From: the human T2T-CHM13v2.0 reference genome, Homo sapiens
Reading direction: 5' to 3' (one strand)
DNA: 64,000 bases
NCBI RefSeq assembly: GCF_009914755.1
Contig: NC_060930.1
Below the pieces are notes generated by a model. That model had not been told where the DNA came from. It did no database searches and was given only the letters and a program-made list of their open reading frames with translations. How positions within the stretch are numbered: position 1 is the stretch's first letter; each line of letters opens with the position of its first letter. Positions 14,019 through 27,959 of this stretch are shown here, piece by piece. The position numbers and the translations under genes were made by a program.

Positions 14019-17000
14019 TGTAGTTTTTCTACACAGACAGTCTGTATAATTTTTCAACACAGGCAGTAATCATTGTATTTTGAGCCAAAGTTTCCATCAC
14101 CTTTTTAGGCAGACTTCTTTCTATTTGTTTTAAAATGAAGAAAGAATGTCTTCATGAAACATGAGTTATTCTGCATAGTCAAAAGTGTTCACAGATTGAA
14201 TTTTTAAAGTTGGTAATGCTTTTCTGTTTTTTTTCAAGATCCAGTTTGCATTTTCTACTCCCATTAACCTACAGTGAATACATCATTGGTCAACCAAAGT
14301 TACAGGATGAAGAAAGACTCTTGGGAAACACATGTGGGTCCAAACTTAGACTCAGAAATGCCCATGAGGGAAATTGATTTCTCTTGTCCATTACCAAATT
14401 GCTACTGTTGACATCAGAGTAAGAAGTTATCATTTTCCTACATATGAGAAGATAAAATAATCTGATACACAATGTAGGCAATTGAAATGGTCAGCATGAT
14501 GATCTTTTCTATTTTGCCATCAGAAAAAAACCCAGTGGTTTAAATTGCAGACCCCAGCATGGCTTTTTCAGATGGATAACAACTCATTTCTAGAGGCTTT
14601 TCCCATTTAAATTTGATAGTACTGACACCAAAGAATGGGGGGCATGCTTATCGTTACTTATTTTGGACTAAACAATCACAATACCCACTTAACAAAGCTG
14701 CTAAAAGCTTGGCGCATGATTGTGGGTGTTACCTGTGCCCCAACTCACAGGCAAGAAGCAGTGGCACATTATAATCATTCGACAGGAAAGAATTTCAAGG
14801 AGACATAGAAAAATTGAAAGTCCACATGGGATATAATCAAAGTTAAAAGAGAATTTCCTTTTCAACAAATGAAAGCAAGATATTTAGGTCAAACCTCACG
14901 TTGACAGGAAACAGAAAGGGCCACTGCCCATGTTAGAAGCAGACTGGACTGCACGACCCAAAGGAGTCCCTGTGGTCAGGTTAATGGCTTCACAAAAAGT
15001 ATTACTTTTAGAGTACTTTATGGTTTTCTAAGTGCCTTTCTTCATATCTATCTTGATACAAATTGTCCTTATCAGATGTTATTAATATAGCAGTGTTTTA
15101 ATATGCTGAAATTCTGCTACAGAGAGCAACAGATTAGAGTGCAACAGGTTAGAAATGATCCTGTAGTGAAAATATAATGGTTTTCCTCTTCATCTTTGCT
15201 TTAGTGAAATGCTTGAAGGCCTACTCTCTCTCTGAGCTGAAAGTATGATTTGTTATTCCAAAACTATTTTAGTCTCAGCAGAGATGGAGTTTGCACATGC
15301 ATTTTTGATAACTAAGGCTGACTCCCATTAGGGTGGAAAATAAAGCCTATAATTCATAATAAGAGATTGCTGCCTTTGAAATCACTTCCTACCATAATAC
15401 TGGCCACTTCATTACAGTGGTAATTAGAAAGAAAAAAACCAGAAGTGGCCATTTGAAGGGGAAATTAGTGCTTAATTTCCAAGACTGTTTTATTTTAATG
15501 GATGCAACTCTGGCAAGATTTTATACTTCAATTGCAAACCCAAGAATGATAAGGCTGGTGTTTCAGATCTGTCTTCTAAATGGAAAACACTTCATGCAGC
15601 ATGTGATGAAAGAGCATCTAATGACTGAATATATCCCTTAAAGTCAGATATACTGTCTTTAAAGGAGGGTTTAAAAAATAAGTATGTATGTGAAGGTGGG
15701 CATGTGTGGGTGTAAGTTACATCCATTTAATCAGCTGCTACTGTCATTAACCAAGTACACAACTTGAGCGTGTTAAAATTACTCCAATTAAAAGAAAGTG
15801 CTGTTAAAAGAAAATCTCATATTTTATTAAAAATGTCTGATGCGGCCCAAAAGGAAGGAATGGATCTTTTCCTGGAAGAGGAAAACAAGATTTAAGACAA
15901 AGAAATACGCATAGGTTGATCTAAGAGTCTCCATTTTTAGAGAGCTGCTGAGGTCTTCTAAAGAATGTTTCTTTTCTTCCCCCAGCCCACTTCCTCTTTT
16001 AGAAGACTCTTTTATTGTGGAATGTAATACAGAAAACTCCACCCATTCAAAACACACAGTTCAGTTATATTTCTCAAAGGGCACACCAGTGTAAACATGA
16101 CACAGGCCAATAAAACATTGCCCCACCACACAAGCCTCCTCAGGCCAGCCCTCTCCAGCCCTAATCTCTCCTTTCTCCCAAAATACAATTGTCTTTTACG
16201 TTATCACTTCTTTGCTTTTCTTGATAATTTTACCATCAAAACATGGATCCCTAACCATTGTAGTTTTGCTTTGCCTTTGTTTTTTTTTGTAACTTTACGT
16301 AAACAGAATCATATAGTTTATACTCTTTTGTATTTATGCTTTTTCATGTGACATTATGTATGTCAAATTATTGTTGCCATGAGTAGTGGTAAGTCTTTCC
16401 TATTCACTCAATTATATGTGTATAGCACAATTTTTTTTAACCCATTGGACTGTAGGTGACTACTGTATTTGGGTGACTCAGTTTCTGCTTTTCTGAATGA
16501 TGCTGCTATGAATATTTTTGTATGTGTCTTTTGATATACACATGCCTACATTTCTGTTGTATGTGCTTGTGAGTGGAATTTCTGCATCACTGGATGTACA
16601 TTCAAATTTTTCAGATAATGTTGAATAGTTTTCTGAACTGGTTATAGCAATTTGCACTTCTAATAGCATATGAGAATTGTCAATATTTAGCCTTTGTGGT
16701 AAGATTGTAGTAGATTTTTACTTGGGGTTATCACTGAAGCATAATGAGTCTTTTCAAATGTTTATGGTTATTTGGCTATCCTCTTTTGTAAAAGGATTCA
16801 AGTCATTTCCCAACTTTTGTATTATGCTGTCCTTATTGATTTGTAGAGGCTCTTTATGTATTCTAGATACAAGTTCATTTTGATGACATGTATGGGAAAT
16901 TTCTTCTCCTACTTGTGGCTTGCTTTTTTACTTTCTTAATGGTGTCTTTTGATGAATATGATTTTTAAATTTTTAAACATTTTATTTTGAATTAATTTTA

Positions 17001-18075
17001 GATTTACAGAAGAGTAGAAAAGAGTACAGAGAGCTCCAATATATCCTCCATCCAGCTTCCTCTAATGTTAACCCCTTCCATAACCATTTATCAAACATAA
17101 CTAACACTTATCAAACTCAGATATTAATATAGGTACGACACTGTTACATAAACAATACAATTTATTCAGATTATACCGGTTTTCCGCTGTTATCCTTTTT
17201 CTGTTCCAGGATCCAATCCCGAATACCATGCTGCGTTCAGCGCTCAGTCTCCTTAGTCTCCCTCAATCTGTGGCAATTGTCTCAGTTCCTATTTTTCCTG
17301 ACTTTAACACTTTAATAGTACTGGTCAGGTATTTTGAGAATAAACCTCAGTTTGGACTTCTCCAATGTTTTCTCATGATTAGATGAATTCACTAATTTTA
17401 ATGTAATATAGTTTGTCAATCTTCTCCTTTATATTAATGCTTTTTGTCTCCTTTCAAAATAACTTCCCCTCCCCACAGAGCCTGTTTTACCTTTCATATC
17501 TTGTGAAAGCCACTGTTTGACCTTTCATATGTAGTTTATAAGTTTAGGCCAAGTTCCATAGTTTCCATATCTAACCCATCAAACATCAATTATTGAAAAA
17601 AAAAGTTTCCCTGCTTATCTGTAGTCCCATCTTTGAGGCAAATCAAATGTCCCTGTGTGTGTGGATTTGTTTCTGAGCTCTTAATGTTGTTCCAACAGTC
17701 TATTTGTCTCTTCTTGTGCCATAGTGCACTGCACTAATTACTGGAGCCAATAACAAGTCTTGATATATGGTGGTACCTATTTTGTTTAAGAGATCATTGG
17801 CCATTTCAGCACTTCTCATTTCTTTATAAATTCTGGAATCAGCTTATTTTCTCATATACACATACGTACACAGGCATGCTGGACTTGAACTGAATCCATA
17901 AATCATTTGGGAATGACAATTTACTATATTGCAACTGCCAGTAGATGAACATGAATATACCTTCATTTATGTAGGGATTCTATAATTTTGCTCAATAACT
18001 TATAGTTTACTGGCAGAGATTGTGCACATCTTATATTTATTTCAAAGAATTTCATGATATTTAATACTACTTTGA

Positions 18076-18384
<309 letters not shown>

Positions 18385-19019
18385 TAGAATCACTTTTAAT
18401 ATTCAATTTTTCTAGTTGTTTGCTGCTATATAAAGAAATACAATTCTTGCATATTGATCTTATATTGAGAGACTCTGCTAAATCCTCTTTTTAATTTTAA
18501 TAGTGTATTTGTAGATTGCTTTAGATTTTGTGTGTACATAATTGTGTCATTTGTGAATATACTTTTTTTTCCTTGCAGTTGTTTTTTCTTCCTTGTTTTT
18601 TGGCTTTTTCTGTACAGGCTAGGACCTCCAGTACAATGTTGAATAAATGTACTAGTAACAGGAATACACACTTATTTCTGAAATCAAACCAAATACTTTC
18701 TATAACTTATCATTAAATATCATGCTTACAGTAGGTTTTTTTGTAGGTACTTACATATATGGAACTATTCAAATTTTGTGTTTTCCTATGTCAGTTTTGG
18801 TAGACTGTATTTTTGTAGAAATTAGTTGTTCTTATCTAAATTTTCAAATTTATTGGCATAAAATGCTTTAAGATATTCTTTTCTTCTTCCTAAATGTTCA
18901 TAGAACATGCAGTAATATCCTTTTTTCATTTCAGGTATACTACACATTTTTATCTTCTTAATTTCATGATCAGACAACCCAGAAGTTTATTAATTTTAAT
19001 TCTTAAAAAAAAAATCAAC

Positions 19020-19341
<322 letters not shown>

Positions 19342-21364
19342 TAATTTTTTTAATTGTATATTTTTATTTACTATTTAATTTCTGCTCTTATTACATACTT
19401 CTTTCTGCTTTCTTTGGGCTTCATTTGCTGAATATTTTCCTCACTTCTTAAAATAGATGCTTAAAACATAATAAATGTTTATAAAAAATAGGCTGTTCTT
19501 TTATGTGCATTTTTTGTTTGATCTTCAAAATCACCTTGTAAAGGTGTGCTAATTCCATTTTTCTGGATGAAGAAAATGAGAAGGTAACTAATTTGCTCCA
19601 GGTTAATTATGAAGCTGGAATTCAAATTAGGGCTGTTTGTACAGAAAGTCTATATTCTTTTTAAATATCTTGAATTCACATATGATTAGTATAAAATACA
19701 TTTTTATCTTTTTCAAAAATTCTATTTTGTAATTAAAGAAAAAATTAGAATATGGTAAATATTTGTTTGCATTATAAAGAATCTAGGGTCAGTAAAGAAA
19801 TCTAATTGTTATAAATCCATCTTTATGCTGATCATGTTTAAAAATTTTTTCATGTATCTCAAAAACGGCACTGACAACTTCCTCCCTTTTGACCTGTTTC
19901 TCCTTCTTTTGGCTCCTTGAGATCACGCTTTTCTCCTTCTCTGACTTCTCATTTTCAGCCCCTGTGCAGGTCCCTCTTGCTCTGTTCACCACTAAACATC
20001 AGTGTTCCTCAGGCTTTGTAAACACTCTCTTCACTTAAAAAAACAACATTGACAATCTTACTCATGCTCATTATTTTAACTCCCGAATCCAGATTCCCAG
20101 GCCTCTCAAACTACATATTATCATTGCTTTCTGAAATTGTTCATCTGGAGGTTCCAAAGTAAGACTTTAAACTCAGTCATGTCCAAACTATGCTTCAACT
20201 TGCTCTCCCCAACAGCAAATACACTCTTTCTCCTGAATTGTGTATCTCAGCAAGTAACATTCATCCAGTTTTCCAAGTCAGAACTGCAAAAGTCATTCTA
20301 AGATGCTTCCTCTCCCTCATCCCCTCCCTATCAATTACCCTCTAGATATCCCTATTATTGGTTCCATCCTCACCAGCTCCAATGCCTGAGTGTGTATTTA
20401 GATCCTCACGATGTCTTACCTGGACTTGCTTAAATGCTACCTCTTAGAAAAAGTCTTTCAGAATAGTCCTATTACACTTCATATACATTCACATTATAGA
20501 AATTAACGCACCATAACTCTATGCCTGCTTCTCACTAAACTTTGAGATAATTAAGTGAAGGAGTTGTGAGGCAGATATATAATCTATCTCATAAACATAG
20601 ATATGTATTTACATATCTCTGAAGAGACTTGCAAATTGCTCAATACATATTTGGTCAATGGCTGTCACAGGAAAAAAAATGGAAAGGAAAGCTTATGATT
20701 TTCTCAGTGGTTGCTACAATAGTGGATAATTCATACTTTTCAAAATTAAGTGGAGAGGTCAAGTGGGTCCATGGAGTGTTACTATTAACCCTTCTGAAAG
20801 AGTTAGTTTAGATGGAACTATTGAGTGGACTTGTGTTCACTCACATAGAAATAGAGCTGGACCCTTTATGATAGTGCTCTGCCATCCAGGAAATGTCTGT
20901 TCATAAGGTCATAATAAAGCCTTCTGCTATTATAGCCACATCATTTGAACAGTCTTGTCTATTCATAAGCAAAGTTGTATGCTTAGAAAGGCTTAGGATC
21001 ATGGAATTTGAATTTTGAATATTATAATTTCAAATTACATATCACTTATTAACAAAACTATCATAAAGAAGAAAACTCAATTCTATCAAGAAGGTATTTT
21101 TAATCACCCCATTTTCAGTGTGGTGAGTGAAGCACAGTAAAATCAAGCAATTTATGCTAACTGTTATCATATTACTGACAGTAATTCAGAAGTATTTCTT
21201 CCTAATTCTAGAGTCTCCTCTTTCTTATTGTGGTGACATTTCCAGCTAACACAGGAGAGGCACATAAAATCCTTAAGTACAACTTCTGATCTGGCACTTA
21301 GATCCCATATTTTAAAAATTTCCAGTGTTAATTATTTTTAATCCCTGCTCCAGCTTTAAGTTTA

Positions 21365-21733
21365 TAGGTGTTCCTCGAATTATGACAGGTTACATCCTTA
21401 TAAACCCATCATAAGTTGAAAATATCCTAATTTGAAAATGCACTTACTGCAACTGACCTACGGAACATCATAGCTTAGCCCAGCCTGCCATAAACGTGCT
21501 TAGATACTTGCATTAGTCTACAGTTGGGCAAAGTCATATAGCACAAAGTCTATTTTATAATAAGGTGTTAAATAGTCAGTGTAATTTATTGAATACTGTA
21601 CTGAAAGTGAAAATAGAATGGTTGTATGGGTACTCGAAGTGCAGTTTCTACAGAATGTATGTTGCTTTCACACATTCTTGATCATTAAGCCAAGAAATCA
21701 AAAGTTGAACCACAGTGAATTGGGGACCATCTG
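21365..21733. mobile_element. MER47A-type (TcMar-Tigger) DNA transposon
   Basis: ggaacatcatagcttagcccagcc...cagttgggcaaagtcat...ggggaccatctg|ta. Confidence 0.78.
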
Positions 21734-23127
21734 TAGTCCCAACTGGATCTCTTGCTAAGAGAGACAAAATGACCTAGGAGTTCACAGCTAAGCAAGCCAG
21801 ATTCCCTTTGCTTCTTCTCTGACTTTGACGCCTACACTCTATTTTTTTTCCCCAAGATTAAGCTTCTGTCTTGCCTTGTACTTCCAGTGATGTCCTCTCT
21901 GTCTTGACTACATTTGCCTTGGCTGCTTTACAAAGTATCTCACTTTAATTCAACGTAAAATCCTGACTGGTCCTTGGATTCTATCCCTTACTCCCAGTTG
22001 CCCCGTTTCAACACCTCTCTTTATGGTTGAGTCCCATTACCTGCTGGTAGATGACTTGAAGTGTCTACCTATATAGGCCATCTCACTCAAGCACAGGTCG
22101 ATTTGGCTGACTGGGGATGTCAGGCAGGAAATCCCTTCTTCTTTCACCTCTGTGCATTCTCTTAAAGCCTGGTTCAAGATGCTAATCTTCTTAGGTGGGT
22201 TAGTAAGTATGACAGCAGGAGTGTCCACAAAAGTCCTTCCTTGGAAAAAGTCTTGCTCCCTTTACATGGTCCTGAGAAGGAAGGCAGTGTCAGGATTTTG
22301 AGAGGACACAAACAGCTGGAGAGGATGCCAGTCCTAACCTGGTGCTGTTGTGGCTGGAAAGAGCAGGAGTTGAGGAGTGGTGGGTTATCAGCTAGGCATC
22401 AGAGTCAAAGAAACCGATTTAGGTGCATTATGCCATTTACTATGTGTGAACCTTGGGTACATCACTTGTCTTCTTGAGGTCTGTTTCCATGTCTTCAAAA
22501 TACAAACTACTGCTTCCCTGCCTGTTTCAAATCACTTTGTACAAATGATATGCATTAGACAATAGCAAAATTAGGAAATTTTACAAAGTATACTAATTGG
22601 TACCATCTCAAATAATCAAAGCTTTATGGTGAAGTTTTCCTATCACAAACAATTATGCCTATGTATTAAAAACAATCTTACCTAATTAGCCATAATATGA
22701 GACATATTTTAGGACTGAATTCTGTTTTATATTTCTGTTAGTCTTCTCCTAGAAGATTTGAAATCTATATTTAAGTTAGTAAAATATTTCAAAATTACAT
22801 TTAAATTAGTAATTAGATTTGTAATAAAACATTACAAATCTTACTTCCAAAATTTGAATTTTACCAATTAAAACTGGTAAATGAACCAATATTTCTGAAA
22901 TAGATTGCATCAAGATAGCGGCCAGCAAGTTTTCATTTGTATTAGAAAGGCAAATCTGAGAATCATTAGTAGTATAAATCACTAAGACAAAGAGTTGGGA
23001 GAAATTCTCTTTTAATGAGTTTTGGCTCCTGTCAAGATGGTGAGCTAGGATAGGCTGCTGGTTTCTTCCAAAAACAATCCTAGAGGAACTAGGAGATGGG
23101 GGAGGGTGGCGTGGTAGGGAGAAAGGA

Positions 23128-23185
23128 TAGGAGAGAGGGTGAGAGACAGTGAGAGAGAGAGAGAGAGAGAGGAAGACAGACATAC
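23128..23185. repeat. (GA)n-rich repeat
   Basis: gagagagagagagagagaga at 23151-23170 with degenerate flanks. Confidence 0.9.
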
Positions 23186-25304
23186 TGATTCAGACAGACA
23201 GATGTGAATTCTAGGAAAAAACAAAACAATACCAAAAGTGAGATGTTCTGGGGAGACTGAGGCTGTTTTAATCTTGGAGTTATAGACTAGAAACACAGAA
23301 GGCAGCAAGGTGCAGAAGGCAGTGAGAAGGCTTGGAGAGAAACTGCCAATGGCTATGCTAAAGTGTGTAATTACTGTTAAAAAAAAAAAAGACAACTGAA
23401 AAATATCTACCATTGAAAACAGAATGATTAGAAGAGAGTCCAAGAATTTAAAATAACCATGATAAAAAATAACACAATTAGGAACAATACTGGTAGCATA
23501 AAGCAAAACCAATAAATCGTTTTAAAAATCCAGGTAGAAATATTAGGTCTGAATACATAAGGGTTGAAATATAAAAAACACGACCATGACAAAGGAGATA
23601 AACAGCAGGTTGAACAGATGAACAAATTAGTACACTGAAAGCCCAGACTGAGAAACTCTCTCAGAAGCAGCAAGAAACAGCAGAGATGGAAACCATAAGA
23701 GAATAGCTTAGGGATATGTAGATGAAAGTAGAACTGCCAACATGTATAGGAGTCCCAGAGGTGGAGGAGAAAAAATAATCAAACTATTAGATATTCCTAG
23801 AAACTGTGTTAACAGATAACCCCTTAGAATTATGAAAAAAAAAATCACTACCCACGCTTCAGTTTTATGAGAATGGCAAACTGCTAAGAAATAACTGAAC
23901 AAATAAAGTGTATGTTAGTAAGATTAGCTTGCAGAATTTACCAAATAGCTAGGACATTTAAAACAATAAATCTCTTAATTCAGTGTGGGACTATCAGCCT
24001 GTGAATCTACACTCTTACTGGTGCCCTAGCCATGGACCTAGTTAGGCCTAATCAATCACCTATGTAAACAGTGCAGCCGCACACCTGGTTCTATGCTTCT
24101 CCTGAATCCAGCATAACTCCAGTTGTTTAGAGATGGACATCTCTATGACTCAAACTGGCTATGGATGATTCAAACTAGCTATGGTTCATACACATCTTAC
24201 AGTAAATTCCCCCAGCCTCACCCTGTTAGATCAAACCTTCTTAAGAGCAGACATTTCAAATGTCTTCTTTGATTTAAAGAAAGGTGGCCAAGCATCCAAA
24301 CAGTCCTGAGATTTTATGATTCTGTGGTGCTTAACACAGATATTGTAGACCAACATCATCAATTAAAATATAGTTAGAAACTAGAGAAAAAGATGATTAC
24401 CTGTGTTTATGAAATGTCTCTGGTTTATATACAAAAATTATTCTAAACAATTACAATTGAGGTCTATCTATCATTGAATTTTGGAATGTATGAAAAAAAT
24501 CAATTCCTAAGTGCCCCAACCAATTCCTAAGTGCTTATACACTGTTGAGTCAGAAATGAAACACAATAAACATTTTAATTGATCTGCTTTTTATTTCTGT
24601 CACTGTAACTGGTACTAGGAGAAAAATAATTGGGGAAGAGCCCTATAATGAGATCTAGAATAATCAGACTCCAAAGTCTTATTGCTATTATTTTCTATAG
24701 TGAAAAATTATCCACATTTCTTTACTTATCTATTTAAATCTTATCAATTGTGTAAAAACTGATTAAAATGGTCTAATTATGTTTTAGAAATGTGGGGGGT
24801 TATCATAGGATTAAGATATTTAATAAAACACATTTTTGTGATTAGACTCAGAAGAATCCCTTAAGTGTTAAGACCTACTTCCCTAAACCCCTGTAATTCA
24901 CAGTTCATTCTGAAACAGCAGTAAATCATTGATGTGAACATTTTCTTCATAATGTCACTACAAAATAGCATAAAAACTATCTTAACTACATGCCATGAAA
25001 TTAAAACAACAGACCATGACTGGAAGAGAATTACAGGTTTATCTTACTTTCATGAAGATTTTTAAAAAGGTAACATTTATAGAGAAAGTCATGAATATTA
25101 AATCTTTCAAACACCTACAATGATTAAAAAACTCTTTCTGCTTATGCCAGCAACTCTCCAACATAAGATTGCTGTTCAGTTTGCTAGGGCAGGCCACCGA
25201 GAATGTGAAGTTTGAAAAGCAAATGGAACAAACTTGGGTGAAAATTATTCTGATAATTTCAGATGTCCTGATATTGAAAACTTCTGAAAGTTTGTATGCT
25301 ACAC

Positions 25305-25480
25305 CCTAGACACTCCAGGTATGGTCCATGGACCAGCAACATTAGCATCACTTGGAAGTATGTTAGAACAAAATCTCATGCCCCACCCAACCCTATTGAA
25401 TTCAAATCCTTTGTTTTTTCTTTTTAAAAAACTAGATCCTTAGGTGGTACATGTGCACACTGAGGTTTTAGAAGTACTAC
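25305..25480. mobile_element. MER5A-type DNA transposon
   Basis: ggtccatggaccagcaacattagcatcacttggaag...gcacactgaggttttagaagtact. Confidence 0.65.
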
Positions 25481-25879
25481 CACCATGGCGAAATATTCTG
25501 AAAACTTAGGGTTAATGTGATGTGTTTTTATATAACAATCATAGCAAATCTTCCATAGATTGGAAGTTTTTCAAGAGTACGGGTTATAGTTTATTCTTTT
25601 TGCATCCTCAGCATCTAGTATAATGCCTGGCTCATATTTGGCCCAGTGAAGATGAATGAATAAATGACATTATAGTAAAAATAGAGCAGTCATATCAGTG
25701 AGGCTACATTAGCTGTTTACAAATGTTAAGACAGCTGGTTCAATGGGCAAGTATAGGGACAGTCAATAGGGACAATAAAGCAGAATAAGTGAAAATGTAA
25801 AATATTTTTGCTCAAACACATAATACAGAAAACTTATCAAGTGTTTAATCAGGAAGAAAACACACAGCAAAGGTTTTGA

Positions 25880-26250
25880 GTGTCACAATGTATAACCTGA
25901 TGATTTGATAACCATGTAATTAGTTTTAGAGTTGGGGCTGGCCATGCTGGAAAGACTAATGATGTGACCGTAGGCTTGGGACTTTGAGCCATGAGGTTTG
26001 GGACTTTGAGCCATGAGGTTTGGGACTTTGAGCCATGCAATACCAACCCAACCTCTGGGGAAGGAAGGACAGCTGAAGATAAAGTTCAGTCACATGGCCA
26101 CTGATTTAATCAATCCTATGGGCTGTATAGTGAAACTCCAATAAAAACCATATACCAAGACTTGGGAGAGCTTCCCTGGCTTGAACACATGGATGTACCA
26201 GGAGGGTGATGCATCATAAGGACATGGAAACTAGTGTTTGCAACTATGTA
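25880..26250 (+). mobile_element. MER21/MER77-like ERVL LTR fragment
   Basis: ggggctggccatgctggaaagact...gaaactccaataaaaac...agcttccctgg; reverse-complement homologous to 33470-33710. Confidence 0.65.
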
Positions 26251-26553
26251 TATAAGAGTAAATGTGATTTTGTAATGCATACATATTTGCAGTGTGCTAA
26301 GCCACATTACTGGCCCATTACTGGTCAAGTTTTACTAAAATTTTAGGCTTACTGATCAAATAAGAATCTAGAATGTAAAGTGGGTTCAAAATCTAGAATA
26401 TAAAGTAGGTTTAAGGTAAAAAACACTTGGGAAAACTAAAAGCATTTGATAACAGTTCAGACAATGCTAATAGTTCTTTAATGATAGCTAACAAGCATAA
26501 TGCCTGCAGTACAATTCTGATCCTAACTACCCAGAGTTAGGTCAAATGTCACA

Positions 26554-26590
26554 TGTATTACTCAGGGCTCTCAGAGGGACAGAACTAATA

Positions 26591-26648
<58 letters not shown>

Positions 26649-27122
26649 TATGTATATTATATATATGAGTATATTATATATATTTATGTATAATATATAT
26701 TTATATATTATATATATATGAAAAGGGGAGTTTATTAAGTATTAACTTACATGATCACAAGGTCCCACAAAAGGCTGTCTGCAGGCTGAGGAGCAAAGAG
26801 AGACAGTCCAAGTTCCAAAAGTGAAGAACTTGGAGTCTGATGTTCCAGGGCAGGAGAGCATGGGAGAAAGATGTAGGCTGGGAGGCTAGGTCAGTCTCGC
26901 GTTTTTCTGGGAGGCTAGGGCAGTCCTGCACATTTTTCTCCCTGTTTTATATTTGCTGGCAGCTGATTAGATGGTACCCACTAGATTGAGGGTGGGTCTT
27001 CCTTCCCCAGCCCACTGACTCAAATGTTAATCTCCTTTGGCAGCACCTTCACAGACACACACAGGATCAATACTTTGCATCATTCAATCCAATCAAGTTG
27101 ACACTCAGTATTAACCATCACA
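26554..27122 (-). mobile_element. HERV-L 3' LTR (MLT2A type) with expanded TA repeat
   Basis: Homologous to 32681-33172; preceded by the purine-rich PPT-like GACAAGGGGTAGACT; AATAAA at 26736-26731. Confidence 0.92.
26593..26720. repeat. (AT)24 perfect microsatellite plus degenerate TA tract
   Basis: Pure AT alternation 26593-26640, then imperfect TA. Confidence 0.97.
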
Positions 27123-27689
27123 AGTCTACCCCTTGTCAACTTGAACCCATACACATCTCCTGAGATCATACATAATCTTCAAATAAAGACAATAATGTCA
27201 TAATTATGCCTAACATAATACAACTATCCTTCATACAACTGGAAATGCACCAATCCCCAACCCAAATACTATTGCATAAAGTTAACAATACTTAAATGCT
27301 GATATGAAGTCAATAATCTTACATCACATGATAAAGGAAAAGGAAATAAAATGAAGATATTTTCTTAGTACAAGTGTATACATGCATAAACATGTTTTTA
27401 ACAAAAGGAGGAGGAAATATTCATGACAGTTACAGTCCTCGTTTCTGTAGCTGGTCATGTGGTCGTAGCTGGTATTGGTGACTACCTTCTACTACCCATT
27501 CTGTATTCCTTTTGCCTTCAGCAAGCACCTCAGCAGATTGTGGCTTTTCTCCTGGTGAAGTCACCCAAATCTTCATTCCCGAGGGGTCTGGACCATTTGT
27601 AGTCCTGCCTGGCTTGGGCTGTTGTAGTTTCCCATTGACTTTAATCACAGGGGATGGTAATACTAAGAGGCACCGATCTCCTGTATTCC

Positions 27690-27900
27690 ATGCATACTCT
27701 TCCTTACCTCTCTTATGGAGTAATAGACTGATTTCATCTTGATAGTCCGGGTCAATCACCCCAGCCAACACTGTAAGTCCCTTCTTAGCCTATTGACTTA
27801 AAGGTAGAAGGAGCCCAAAGTGTCCAGGTGGCAATCTTAACTTCCAGTTTAATGGATCGTTGTTGTGTCTCCTGGTGGCAGCATTCCTCCCTCTGGTACT
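27690..27900 (-). pseudogene. HERV-L dUTPase remnant downstream of integrase
   Basis: PEGGMLPPGDTT...LAGVIDPDYQDEI (dUTPase GVIDxDY motif) at the position characteristic of ERV-L. Confidence 0.85.
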
Positions 27901-27959
27901 AAGAACTTTAGGCCAGCAGAACGTAATGTCGCCGGAACAGGAAGCAAAAATTTTGCTAG

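Noticed and set aside
22806-23902. Hydrophobic minus-strand ORFs of 64-155 aa
   Set aside because: Antisense reads of A-rich L1-like and GA-repeat sequence; composition-driven
24501-24534. Short direct repeats (caattcctaagtgc x2; similar at 1-28, about 26365-26415 and about 48553-48581)
   Set aside because: Ordinary slippage micro-duplications with no further structure
25976-26037. CRISPR-like repeat array
   Set aside because: Head-to-tail units with no spacers, in eukaryotic DNA; no cas genes
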